A stretch of DNA of 38,439 nucleotides from Planctomycetota bacterium. GTDB lineage: Bacteria > Planctomycetota > PLA2 > JAEUHO01. This document shows positions 10,063 to 17,668 of the stretch, piece by piece. Under the pieces are notes generated by a model that saw only the letters and a list, made by a program, of their open reading frames with translations, was not told where the DNA came from and ran no database searches. The first letter of the stretch is position 1. Each line of letters opens with the position of its first letter. The position numbers and the translations under genes are program-made. Location: NCBI GenBank assembly GCA_050248855.1, contig JBFWRP010000038.1, positions 1 to 38,439 of the forward strand, written 5' to 3'.

Positions 10063-10153
10063 CGCATCGCTCCGCGTCCTAGGTCGCCTGGGCGTTGAGC
10101 CTACCGACCCGTGGCCCGGCAGCACCGCCGACGCATGACGGCCACAAGCCTGC

Positions 10154-10532
10154 TTGGCGCGATCTGGCGAGATCGGTATCGCGGATTCCCATTTTGCGTG
10201 GCGGGTCGAGCGCCCGGACGCCGTGGTCCCTACTGATGGCCCCCACCAACCCGTCCAGCTCAGCGCCAGCGGCCCCTGACTTCAGGGAACGTTCAGGTTC
10301 CTGAACGGAACGCGGCGATGGCCGTGGATTCAGCCTCTGTGGGCCAGGTACACCCGGTCCTCGCGGCCAGTCGGGGTCGTGCGGCGAGGCGCGTGGGCAT
10401 GGCGGTTTCCGGGACATTGGTCCGCTTCGGCGGCACGGGGCCCCGAGTTCAGGCCCTCACGGCGATCCGCGACGTTTGGCGCGATCTGGCGCGATTGGTC
10501 GTGGGGATTCCCATTCTGCGGCTGGTGGAGCG
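10154..10532 (+). repeat. Pair of ~58-bp imperfect direct repeats (10154-10212 and 10476-10532)
   Basis: Both read TTGGCGCGATCTGGCGnGATnGGTnnnGnGGATTCCCATTnTGCG...GAGCG. Confidence 0.8.
10290..10307. promoter_or_regulatory. Perfect inverted repeat, possible protein-binding site
   Basis: CGTTCAGG-TT-CCTGAACG, lying between the two 58-bp repeats. Confidence 0.4.
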
Positions 10533-10932
10533 GGACTCGGGGATGCGTGGCGAGGCTGCACGCCTGATCGGTGCGCCTGTCGCGGAAAGCACGTCGGCGC
10601 AGCAGCTGCGGCACGAGCTGTGCTTCGTGGGCTTCGCATGAAGCGACGCGGAATCCAGAGCAGGGGGCTTGCGCGCCCCTCGCAGTTCGCGCAGTCTCGT
10701 ACGCGTGGAACAGAGACGTCGTGGACAGTTCGCAAAGGGGAAGCCATGCGCGGCAAGAGCGTCGCACGCTACCTAGCCTTGCGTGTGCCTGTCGCGACAG
10801 GACACGTCCACCATCCGCTGGCTGCGGATCGGAGTTGGTGCGCCAAGGCGGCGGAGCAGAGCGCCGGAGATGTGTAGTCAGTGAACCCGGCCAACTTCAT
10901 GAGCCGAGTGCGGAAGCAGGAAAGGCACCAAG

Positions 10933-12642
10933 ATGAGCATGCACGATCGCAGCGTACGCCCTCTAGAAGACAACCGCACTTCCGGCGCGGGCAGTTGCGG
11001 GCCTTGCTCCGGGGGCCTGGGGGAAACACAGCTAGTTCAACTCTCACTCCTCCCCCCCCCACAGCACCAAGTGGGTGCAGCTGGCGCCAATCGACGTGGC
11101 GAGTTCAGCCTGCCTGATCCCACCTCCGCGCCGTCGATAGTCCAAGATCGTGACTCGGCGGCGACAGAACTCGGTGTCCTTCTCTTGCCCCGACCCGGTG
11201 CCGCGCTTGAGACTCGTGGGAAGTACTTCTACTTCGCCACTGAGATGCAGACCGTGGTCGAAGTGGACGAACAGCGGTACGTCATGGTGGCCGCAATGCT
11301 CGCTGGAGCTGGCTACCGCGAGATCGCCGAGTGCCTGGCTGTCAGGGGCTTCGAGGCCAGCGTGGGGCAGATTCACGACACTCTCGTGGAGTACCGTGAT
11401 CTCGGGTTGTTTCGCGCCCCTGACGCCGCACGACAATCTGCCGAGATCTCGAACACGATGATGCGGCTAAGTGCGCATCAGCCAATGAAGATGATGCTAT
11501 TCATGGCGCAGAGCTGCAATCTTCGCTGCACGTACTGCTATGGGATCGAGGGGAACTACGTTGACAAGGGAGAGAAGATGTCGCCTGAGACGGCCGAGGC
11601 GGCCGTCGACTACTTGATGTTGAACAGCCCACAACGTCGCCACTTCTACATCTACTTCTTTGGCGGAGAGCCCCTTCTCAACTTCGAGACCATCCAGCAC
11701 ACGGTCAAGTACGCCCGGCAGCGCGCGGCGGAACTCCGCAAGACAGTTGAGTTTGGCATCACTACCAACGGCACGCTACTCTCCGACAAGGTTGTGGATT
11801 TCCTGGTTCAGGAGGACTTCCAGATCTGTGTCAGCATGGACGGATCTCCTGAGGGGCACGACGTGAACCGTCCCACCAAGGGTGGGTCTGGCAGCCACCG
11901 CCACGTCCTTGCCGGCATTAGAAAGCTCCAGGCTGTGTGCAAGCGCCCAGGCCAGCTGAAGATCCGTGCGACGATGTCGCACCAGAATCACGACCCGCTT
12001 GCGATTTCAAGGTACTTCGACGCAAGCGGCATCACAAACTACGGCATCGGAACAACATTCCATCGCGCGGGCAACACGCAAGGTACGGACGTTACGCCCG
12101 ATGACATGGTCGAGATGGACCAAGTCTTGGACAATGCGCTGGACGAAGTCGTTCAAGCACTCGCTGAAGGACGACGGACTCCACGATACAACCCCTTTTA
12201 CAAGACTGTGGGCAGCATGTCCATGGGCAGTACGAAGGCGTTCATCGGATGCGGTGTCTGCAGGAACGACCAGGGCATTGGGACTGACGGGCGCATCTAT
12301 CCGTGCCATCGCTACGTTGGGCTCGACAGCTACGTGATTGGCGACGTTCGGTCGGGTGTTGACCCCGAGAAGGTCCGGGCGGTCTACAAGCAGGTGTTCG
12401 ACCTGTGGATGAATCACTGTCGCAACTGCTGGGCCCGTTACACCTGCAGTTCGGCCTGCGTATGGCAGCACTCGCACGATGATGGCAACTTGCGCATTCC
12501 CGATCGGGACCAGTGCCACGCGATTCGCCGAAGTGTTCGGCGCTCCGCTTGGCTTAGTCTCCATCTGAGCCAGAAACACCCGGATGTACTTGCGGCACTC
12601 TCCCGAGCACCGGCTGCTGGCGGGTGCTGCAATCCCCAGTAG
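10933..12642 (+). CDS. Radical SAM/SPASM peptide or protein maturase with putative N-terminal RRE (PqqD-like) domain
   Basis: CNLRCTYC, FFGGEP, TTNGTLL, SMDG. SPASM cysteines CGVC..DGRIYPCH..CRNCWARYTCSSAC..C. Short beta-strands then three helices ending LGLF before the SAM domain. Exact start uncertain. Confidence 0.93.
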   Translation: MSMHDRSVRPLEDNRTSGAGSCGPCSGGLGETQLVQLSLLPPPQHQVGAAGANRRGEFSLPDPTSAPSIVQDRDSAATELGVLLLPRPGAALETRGKYFYFATEMQTVVEVDEQRYVMVAAMLAGAGYREIAECLAVRGFEASVGQIHDTLVEYRDLGLFRAPDAARQSAEISNTMMRLSAHQPMKMMLFMAQSCNLRCTYCYGIEGNYVDKGEKMSPETAEAAVDYLMLNSPQRRHFYIYFFGGEPLLNFETIQHTVKYARQRAAELRKTVEFGITTNGTLLSDKVVDFLVQEDFQICVSMDGSPEGHDVNRPTKGGSGSHRHVLAGIRKLQAVCKRPGQLKIRATMSHQNHDPLAISRYFDASGITNYGIGTTFHRAGNTQGTDVTPDDMVEMDQVLDNALDEVVQALAEGRRTPRYNPFYKTVGSMSMGSTKAFIGCGVCRNDQGIGTDGRIYPCHRYVGLDSYVIGDVRSGVDPEKVRAVYKQVFDLWMNHCRNCWARYTCSSACVWQHSHDDGNLRIPDRDQCHAIRRSVRRSAWLSLHLSQKHPDVLAALSRAPAAGGCCNPQ

Positions 12643-12650
12643 GAGTTGTC

Positions 12651-13799
12651 ATGAGTTCGGACGTGACGGACGATCAGGGGCGGGACGAGCGCGAGTTGTC
12701 GCGCCGCGAGGCCTTGCTGAGGCTGAGTCGAGGTGCGGCTGCAGGCGCGATCTTCTTCGTGGCCTTCGGAGCCAGCACAATACCCGCGGCAGCAGCCTGC
12801 CAGGGTGTGCCCATGGGTGCGCCGGATGCCACCTGTGGCCAGGGAGGGGTTGGCACGTATGCTGAGGACGGCAGGTGCGGAGAGTTGCAGGGCAACGGTG
12901 CCGCATGGCCTGACGGTGAGTGCGGAGCGGTGGTCGGATCCGAAGTCGACTCCGATCAGTCTTGCGGCGTGGGGGTGCCCCCCGTCATTCCCGATGTCAC
13001 GTGCGGAACGATGATGATCGGGGGGGGCTACCACGAGGACGGGCAGTGCGGCTGGCACCCCTCTCTTCAGGCCGCCTATCCGGATCCGGGCTGTGGCGGC
13101 GCGCCGACTTCAGGCGGCATCGATCCCGACGATCGGTGTGGACTCTCGACCCCCAGCAATGACCACTACAGCGACGATACGTGCGGGACAACCAACGTTG
13201 ATGGAGAGTACCACTCAGACTCACGCTGCGGCAGTTCCGACCCGTCAGGAGGTTCCTACGAGGACTCTGCATGCCTAACCGCACTGGGCGGAGGGATGTA
13301 CGACATTGATGACAACTGCGGGAACACTCTTGCCAATGGCCTGCTCGTAGTCGACACGACCTGCGGGAAGAACTCCGCACAAGACGAGTACCACGAGGAT
13401 GCCGACTGCGGTGAGCACGATCACGCTGGCGTGGTTTCAGTGGACGGCATGTGCGGCGAGAACAGCTCGTCGGGCTATGCGGATGAGGACGCCGCGTGTC
13501 TGGAGAACGCGGTTGATGAAGTTGCGACCTCCGACAACTCGTGTGGCCAGCTTACTTCGTCCGAACAGATGGACGAGGACAATCAGTGTGGCCAGACGAT
13601 CGAACATGAGACTGGAGCTCACGACTTCGCATGCGGAAACACGCACCCGACCCAAGGTCACCTTGAAGATTTCTCCTGCAACGTGGGATCCGGCGAGTAC
13701 GTTCAGTCTGACGGTGACTGCAACCTTGATCCGCCAGATGCCTCCTGTGGGACGTACTACAGTGCTACACAGTTCAACGAGGATGCTGCGGCCCCGTAG
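12651..13799 (+). CDS. Tat-signal Cys/Asp-rich repeat protein (23 Cys, 22 DxxC), putative radical SAM substrate
   Basis: AGGAG RBS overlaps the rSAM stop. LSRREALL twin-arginine motif, hydrophobic region and AAAA. Then 333 aa in 23 Cys-led units, mostly CG-x10-D-x2. Confidence 0.88.
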   Translation: MSSDVTDDQGRDERELSRREALLRLSRGAAAGAIFFVAFGASTIPAAAACQGVPMGAPDATCGQGGVGTYAEDGRCGELQGNGAAWPDGECGAVVGSEVDSDQSCGVGVPPVIPDVTCGTMMIGGGYHEDGQCGWHPSLQAAYPDPGCGGAPTSGGIDPDDRCGLSTPSNDHYSDDTCGTTNVDGEYHSDSRCGSSDPSGGSYEDSACLTALGGGMYDIDDNCGNTLANGLLVVDTTCGKNSAQDEYHEDADCGEHDHAGVVSVDGMCGENSSSGYADEDAACLENAVDEVATSDNSCGQLTSSEQMDEDNQCGQTIEHETGAHDFACGNTHPTQGHLEDFSCNVGSGEYVQSDGDCNLDPPDASCGTYYSATQFNEDAAAP

Positions 13800-13850
13800 C
13801 GGTCGTGCGGTGAGCAGACCGGGGTGCGATCTGCGCCGGGAGTAGCGGAC

Positions 13851-14774
13851 ATGTCTTCACGGAAGGCACTCGCCAGGGCACCTGCAATGCTCGTCGGGCT
13901 CGTGGTGATCGCAGCAGTCGCCCTCGTCGCGTGGATCCTGAGTGAGAGTCGGCCCGATGGGAGTGGCTCCCTAGTCGGTTCCTCTCCAGAGCAGGGCTCG
14001 CGTGAAGATGCCGGCCCCTTCCCATCGCTCGAGCCTCAATCCGCTCCTCCGAGTGACGACCGGCAGCCGATCGCACCAGAAGAGTCTTCACCGAGCCAAG
14101 CGCCGGACGGCGCGCGAGTCGACGTAAGCGCACGTGGGAGGATTGCTCAGGCGTACGCAACCATCAGGGAGGGCCGGCCCGCTGAGGGGATTGCCCAACT
14201 CCGCAAACTGCTCGCGGAGCTAGAGGAAGACGCGTTCGCTGCGACCGTGCGTGGCCGTCTATTGGTTGCCCTGTTGGCCTGCGGACCTGAGTTGGAGGCT
14301 GGCGAGTTCCTATGTTCGACGGTTACGTCCGTGGCAGAGTGGCGCTTGGCCCACCCGGACTTCGATGGCACCCAGAAGAAGGCCGTGAAGGGAAGGCTAC
14401 TCATGGGATACGGCGGCTGGGGGCCTGGTTCGCTTTGGATGCTTTTCCAGCGCTACTGCCCCGAACTTGGCGAGCCGCGAAGAAGTACGGCCGAATCCAT
14501 CCGGCAGCTTGAGTCCGTAGTTCGTGAGCGACTGCTCCCCGCAGCCAAGAGCGATGAGAGCCAGCCGGCGCTCGTCACACGCCTGGAAGGCTTGGCGGCA
14601 TTCATGAACATCGAGTCCAACATCGTCTTCCCTGCACCCGGGGAAAGAGGAGCGTTGACCCCGAGTGTGAGACGCGCGATCAGTGAGTTCCAGACGCGCT
14701 TTGGTCAGGAGGAGGATGAGGGGATACGAGTGCTGCTAGCGTATCTCCATACCTACTATCCAGAGCTTAGGTAG
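13851..14774 (+). CDS. Membrane-anchored helical protein, possibly TPR-like
   Basis: GGGAG RBS, one N-terminal TM helix (MLVGLVVIAAVALVAWIL), Pro/Ser-rich linker, TPR-like AQAYATIREGRPAEGIAQLRKLL. Co-oriented with the rSAM pair. Confidence 0.72.
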   Translation: MSSRKALARAPAMLVGLVVIAAVALVAWILSESRPDGSGSLVGSSPEQGSREDAGPFPSLEPQSAPPSDDRQPIAPEESSPSQAPDGARVDVSARGRIAQAYATIREGRPAEGIAQLRKLLAELEEDAFAATVRGRLLVALLACGPELEAGEFLCSTVTSVAEWRLAHPDFDGTQKKAVKGRLLMGYGGWGPGSLWMLFQRYCPELGEPRRSTAESIRQLESVVRERLLPAAKSDESQPALVTRLEGLAAFMNIESNIVFPAPGERGALTPSVRRAISEFQTRFGQEEDEGIRVLLAYLHTYYPELR

Positions 14775-14852
14775 CCCGTGCGCGCACGCTGCGGCGTCCC
14801 TTCGGACCTAGCCCAAGTGGCATCGCAAGGCACCGGGCTCCGCGTGAGAGCA

Positions 14853-14900
14853 CGGCTCTGTCTCACAGCATTCCGACGATCCGTGACGAGTTCTCGTCGC
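14853..14900 (+). repeat. Imperfect direct repeat, copy B (partner at 10015-10062)
   Basis: See copy A. An extra partial copy (GGCTCCGCGTGAGAGCA) lies immediately upstream. Confidence 0.8.
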
Positions 14901-15157
14901 GCCATGGGGCGCCATCCCACGCGGCTCGGACTCTTGCCTGGGAGCCGCCGGCGGCGGAGTGGGTCCGTCCTGGGCCGAGTTCCGGCAGCGGGACTGACCG
15001 ACCTCCTGGCACGGCATGGGACCGCCCCGCTTAGGCCCCCCCACCGCCCCGTTCGTGCATCCACGTGCAACGACGTGCGCAGAAATATGTCGATCTACGG
15101 CATAGTCGCCTGACGCCGATTTCGTAAGTCGCGCAGTCACAAACACTTGCGACTTGC

Positions 15158-15212
15158 GAGCGCCGGCCTGTCAAGCCGGAGGTCGCGGGTTCGAGTCCCG
15201 TCACTCCCGCCA
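15158..15212 (+). tRNA. 5'-truncated tRNA-Asp(GTC); probable att core
   Basis: Anticodon arm CCGGC-CTGTCAA-GCCGG, variable loop AGGTC, T-arm GCGGG-TTCGAGT-CCCGT, acceptor 3' strand CACTCCC-G-CCA. No matching GGGAGTG 5' strand or D-loop upstream. Confidence 0.9.
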
Positions 15213-15303
15213 TTCAACTCGCGCGCAAACCGCGCATCCACGCGGGTTTACGACCGCGCGCCGATTAGGCGCCGTGCGGCTCTCTGGACGTAGGGATCCC
15301 CCC

Positions 15304-15325
15304 GTACCAGCACCGGTGCTGGTAC
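15304..15325. repeat. Perfect 22-bp palindrome between att core and integrase
   Basis: GTACCAGCACC-GGTGCTGGTAC. Confidence 0.85.
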
Positions 15326-15348
15326 AGCGCAGAACGCCCTCTGAATCG

Positions 15349-15380
15349 ACGCCCGATCCACGCCCGATCGCATCCCGATC
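15349..15380 (+). repeat. Three CCCGATC direct repeats at 11-bp period; candidate arm-type or excisionase sites
   Basis: CCCGATC starts at 15352, 15363 and 15374. Confidence 0.65.
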
Positions 15381-15531
15381 ACTCGCGCGCAGCACGAAAG
15401 AGCGCGCGTTACGCGCACGCGCGGCGAGATCGCGCCGAGGGTCGTTTCGCCCCCAGGCCGCGGGGAACAGCCCTTCATGGGTGTCCGACGCACGAGGTAA
15501 CGTGCGGGACCCACGCCGGAGGTCTCGTCCC

Positions 15532-16554
15532 ATGCCTTGGCTCCGCTCTCGTACCGAACGCTCATCCGGGGTCACCACCTGGGTGGTCGAGTGGCGCGAA
15601 GGCGGACGCGGCGGCAAGGTCCGCTCCCGCTCGCTCGGTGCCGTCACGGAGCAGGAGGCGCAGTACGAGCTCGCCGCGATGAACGCGGGCAAGAGCACGC
15701 GACGCGGCACGCCCCAGACGACCACGCCGAAGACGGCGGTCGCCGGATACCTGAAGCACCTCAAGGTCTCCGGGCGCCGGCAGGGCACGATCGAGCACGA
15801 CGCAGACAAGTTGAAGCCGCTGCTCGACGAGTGGGCCGACCGCCCGATGGCGAGCTGGTCGCGCACGATGCTGGAGGGACTGCTCGACGGACGCGGCTGG
15901 TCCTCCTCGCGAGTGCGCCAGGCGCTCGGCGTCTACCGCCGCTTCATCGGGTGGTGCGCGGCGGTCGGCTACGCCTGCGGCGACTTCGTGGGCGACTTCA
16001 AGCCCCCGCGCGCGCGCCCCGCCGAACATCGCGAGGCCCTCTCCGCGGAGCAGTGCCGCCGCCTGCTGGACGCCGCCCGTGGCCACTACCTCGAGGTCCC
16101 CGTCGCCCTGGCGCTGTTCGCGGGCCTCTCGCGCGCCGACCTCCGGGCGCTGACATGGAAGGAGATCGACCTCGACGTCGGTCTCATCGCGCGACCCCGG
16201 CACAAGACCGGGACACGGCTGCGGCTCCCGATCTCGGCCCCGCTCAAGGAGATCCTGGAGCGCCACCGCCAGCGCTCGGGGCTCGTCTGCCGCCGCCTCC
16301 CGGAGTCGGACTCCTCCCTCTACAAGTCGCTCCACCGCCTCATGGACCGGGCCGAGGTCCCACGGAGCGGCTGGCACCAGCTACGCCACACTGCGGCCAC
16401 CTTGCTCGCGTCCGCGGGCACTGACGTGGCGACGATTGGGCGGATCCTGGGGCACCGGCCGGGGTCGCCGATCACCCTGCGGTACCTTCACACGGACGAT
16501 GACCGGCTCCGGCAGGCCGCGGATGCCGTGGCCGAAGCCGTGAGGAACGCGTAG
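15532..16554 (+). CDS. int: Tyrosine recombinase / phage integrase
   Basis: ATG with GGAGG RBS. N-terminal arm-binding-like WVVEWR..GK.RSRSLG. RHKTG, HQLRH, LGH and catalytic Tyr (LRYLH). Box I reads GLSRAD. Confidence 0.9.
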   Translation: MPWLRSRTERSSGVTTWVVEWREGGRGGKVRSRSLGAVTEQEAQYELAAMNAGKSTRRGTPQTTTPKTAVAGYLKHLKVSGRRQGTIEHDADKLKPLLDEWADRPMASWSRTMLEGLLDGRGWSSSRVRQALGVYRRFIGWCAAVGYACGDFVGDFKPPRARPAEHREALSAEQCRRLLDAARGHYLEVPVALALFAGLSRADLRALTWKEIDLDVGLIARPRHKTGTRLRLPISAPLKEILERHRQRSGLVCRRLPESDSSLYKSLHRLMDRAEVPRSGWHQLRHTAATLLASAGTDVATIGRILGHRPGSPITLRYLHTDDDRLRQAADAVAEAVRNA

Positions 16555-16655
16555 CGCCGAACCCGAACACCTCCGCACGCGGCCAGGAGCCTGACCCCGA
16601 GCCGCAGGGCCCAGGTGGACGAGGTCGGTCGCGGAGCAGGGTGGGCGACGTGCAC

Positions 16656-16679
16656 GGGGAGACAGTGCATGTCCCCCCG
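16656..16679 (+). terminator. Hairpin downstream of the integrase
   Basis: CGGGGAGACA-gtgca-TGTCCCCCCG imperfect stem with no U-tract. Confidence 0.25.
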
Positions 16680-16771
16680 CGCCCCCTCCCCCCCCTGAGT
16701 TCGGCCTACACCCCGGTGCGTGAGCACGGCGGCCGGGACTCCAGGGCCCCCCCCCTCTAGGAATTACGCCA

Positions 16772-16786
16772 CGTCAATCCTTGACG
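16772..16786. promoter_or_regulatory. Inverted repeat containing a TTGACG -35-like hexamer; candidate TetR operator
   Basis: CGTCAA-TCC-TTGACG, 17 bp before the tetR ATG, overlapped by ACGCCACGT direct repeats. Confidence 0.4.
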
Positions 16787-16803
16787 CCACGTATATTCCC
16801 GCC

Positions 16804-17553
16804 ATGGCCCCGAGCAACTTGTCCGCCCGATCCACCGCCGGCAAGCAGCAGCGCTACGCAGAGCGCGACCGCCAGATTCGGGACGCGGCCCGGCGACTGC
16901 TCGTCGAGCGGGGCCTCCACGGCTTCTCCATGGAGGACGTTGCGGACGCCATCGCGTACAGCAAGGGCACGGTCTACCAGCACTACGAGAGCAAGGAGGA
17001 CGCGCTGGTCGCCTCGTGCGCTGAGTCTGGCACGCGGCTCGCGGCCCTTTTCGAACGCGCCGCGGCCCTCCCGGGCACCTCCCGCGAGCGGATGATCGCG
17101 ATCGTCGAAGCCTACTGCCTCTTCGTGGAGCGGCACCCGGTGCCCTTCCGCGTGATCCCCCTCGTGCATTCCCCCACGGTGTTTGAGAAGGCGTCGCCCG
17201 CGCGCATCCTCTCGGTGGAGGCGGCCCACGAGCGGGTGCGCGGGGCCTGCGCTGCGGTCGTCGAGTGGGCGGTCGCGAGAGGCGATCTCGTGCCCGGGCC
17301 CGGGATCGACGCCCGCACGATCCCGTTCGCGCTGTGGGCCATGATGCTCGGCTCGTTCCTGCTGACCGAGCTCCACAGCTCGGACAAGATCTTCGGGGTG
17401 GACGACCCGGCCGCAGCGATCCGCACTCAGTGGGCCGTCTACCTGGACGGCCTCGGCTGGCGCCCTCCGCGGGGCGAGTTCGACGAAGACGCCGCCGCGC
17501 GGCGGATCCGGTCGCTGCTCGAGGCGCCGACCGACGCTCCCCCAACGTCATGA
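16804..17553 (+). CDS. TetR/AcrR family transcriptional regulator
   Basis: IRDAARRLLVERGLHGFSMEDVADAIAYSKGTVYQHYESKEDAL HTH, directly upstream of the efflux operon. Confidence 0.93.
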   Translation: MAPSNLSARSTAGKQQRYAERDRQIRDAARRLLVERGLHGFSMEDVADAIAYSKGTVYQHYESKEDALVASCAESGTRLAALFERAAALPGTSRERMIAIVEAYCLFVERHPVPFRVIPLVHSPTVFEKASPARILSVEAAHERVRGACAAVVEWAVARGDLVPGPGIDARTIPFALWAMMLGSFLLTELHSSDKIFGVDDPAAAIRTQWAVYLDGLGWRPPRGEFDEDAAARRIRSLLEAPTDAPPTS

Positions 17554-17668
17554 GCGCCGCTCCCTTTCCCCGCAGAGTTCGACATTTCGTCAGAGTCCAC
17601 AGACCCCGGGGACGGGCCGGGCGATTGCCCGCCTGCGCCGGGCCCGAAACCCGAGAGAGGGGCGCTGC

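Larger units (their letters stand above)
1..15212. mobile_element. Right-hand part of a genomic island (defence and radical SAM cargo) ending at a tRNA-Asp 3' fragment; left boundary outside the window
   Basis: Only defence and orphan genes, no housekeeping genes. More A/T-ending codons than the phage arm (by eye). Ends exactly at a 5'-truncated tRNA. Confidence 0.55.

Noticed and set aside
10154..10532. Sigma-54 promoters in the TGGCGCGATCTGGC repeats
   Set aside because: GG-to-GC spacing is 9, not the required 10, and there is no TTGC element.
10318..10641. 107-aa ORF upstream of the rSAM as a possible precursor peptide
   Set aside because: No RBS, overlaps DNA repeats, only one Cys; the downstream repeat protein is a far better substrate candidate.
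11052..11060. C9 tract in the rSAM 5' region as a phase-variation switch
   Set aside because: Short, in frame, and similar C/G runs occur elsewhere in this GC-rich window; the start codon is also uncertain.
12798..13799. CRISPR array or DNA tandem repeat behind the 45-bp periodicity
   Set aside because: Conservation is limited to Asp, Cys and Gly codons; it is a protein-level repeat. No cas genes are present.
12798..13799. Multiheme cytochrome or ferredoxin
   Set aside because: No CxxCH or CxxC motifs; the cysteines are single and 9-15 residues apart.
15123..15212. Intact tRNA-Asp gene
   Set aside because: No 5' acceptor strand (GGGAGTG) or D-arm upstream of 15158.
15031..15213. ORF MAGVTGLEPATSGLTG on the minus strand
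   Set aside because: It is the antisense translation of the tRNA fragment.
15154..15531. 126-aa N-terminal extension of the integrase ORF
   Set aside because: It runs through the tRNA fragment and att repeats; ATG 15532 has a GGAGG RBS.
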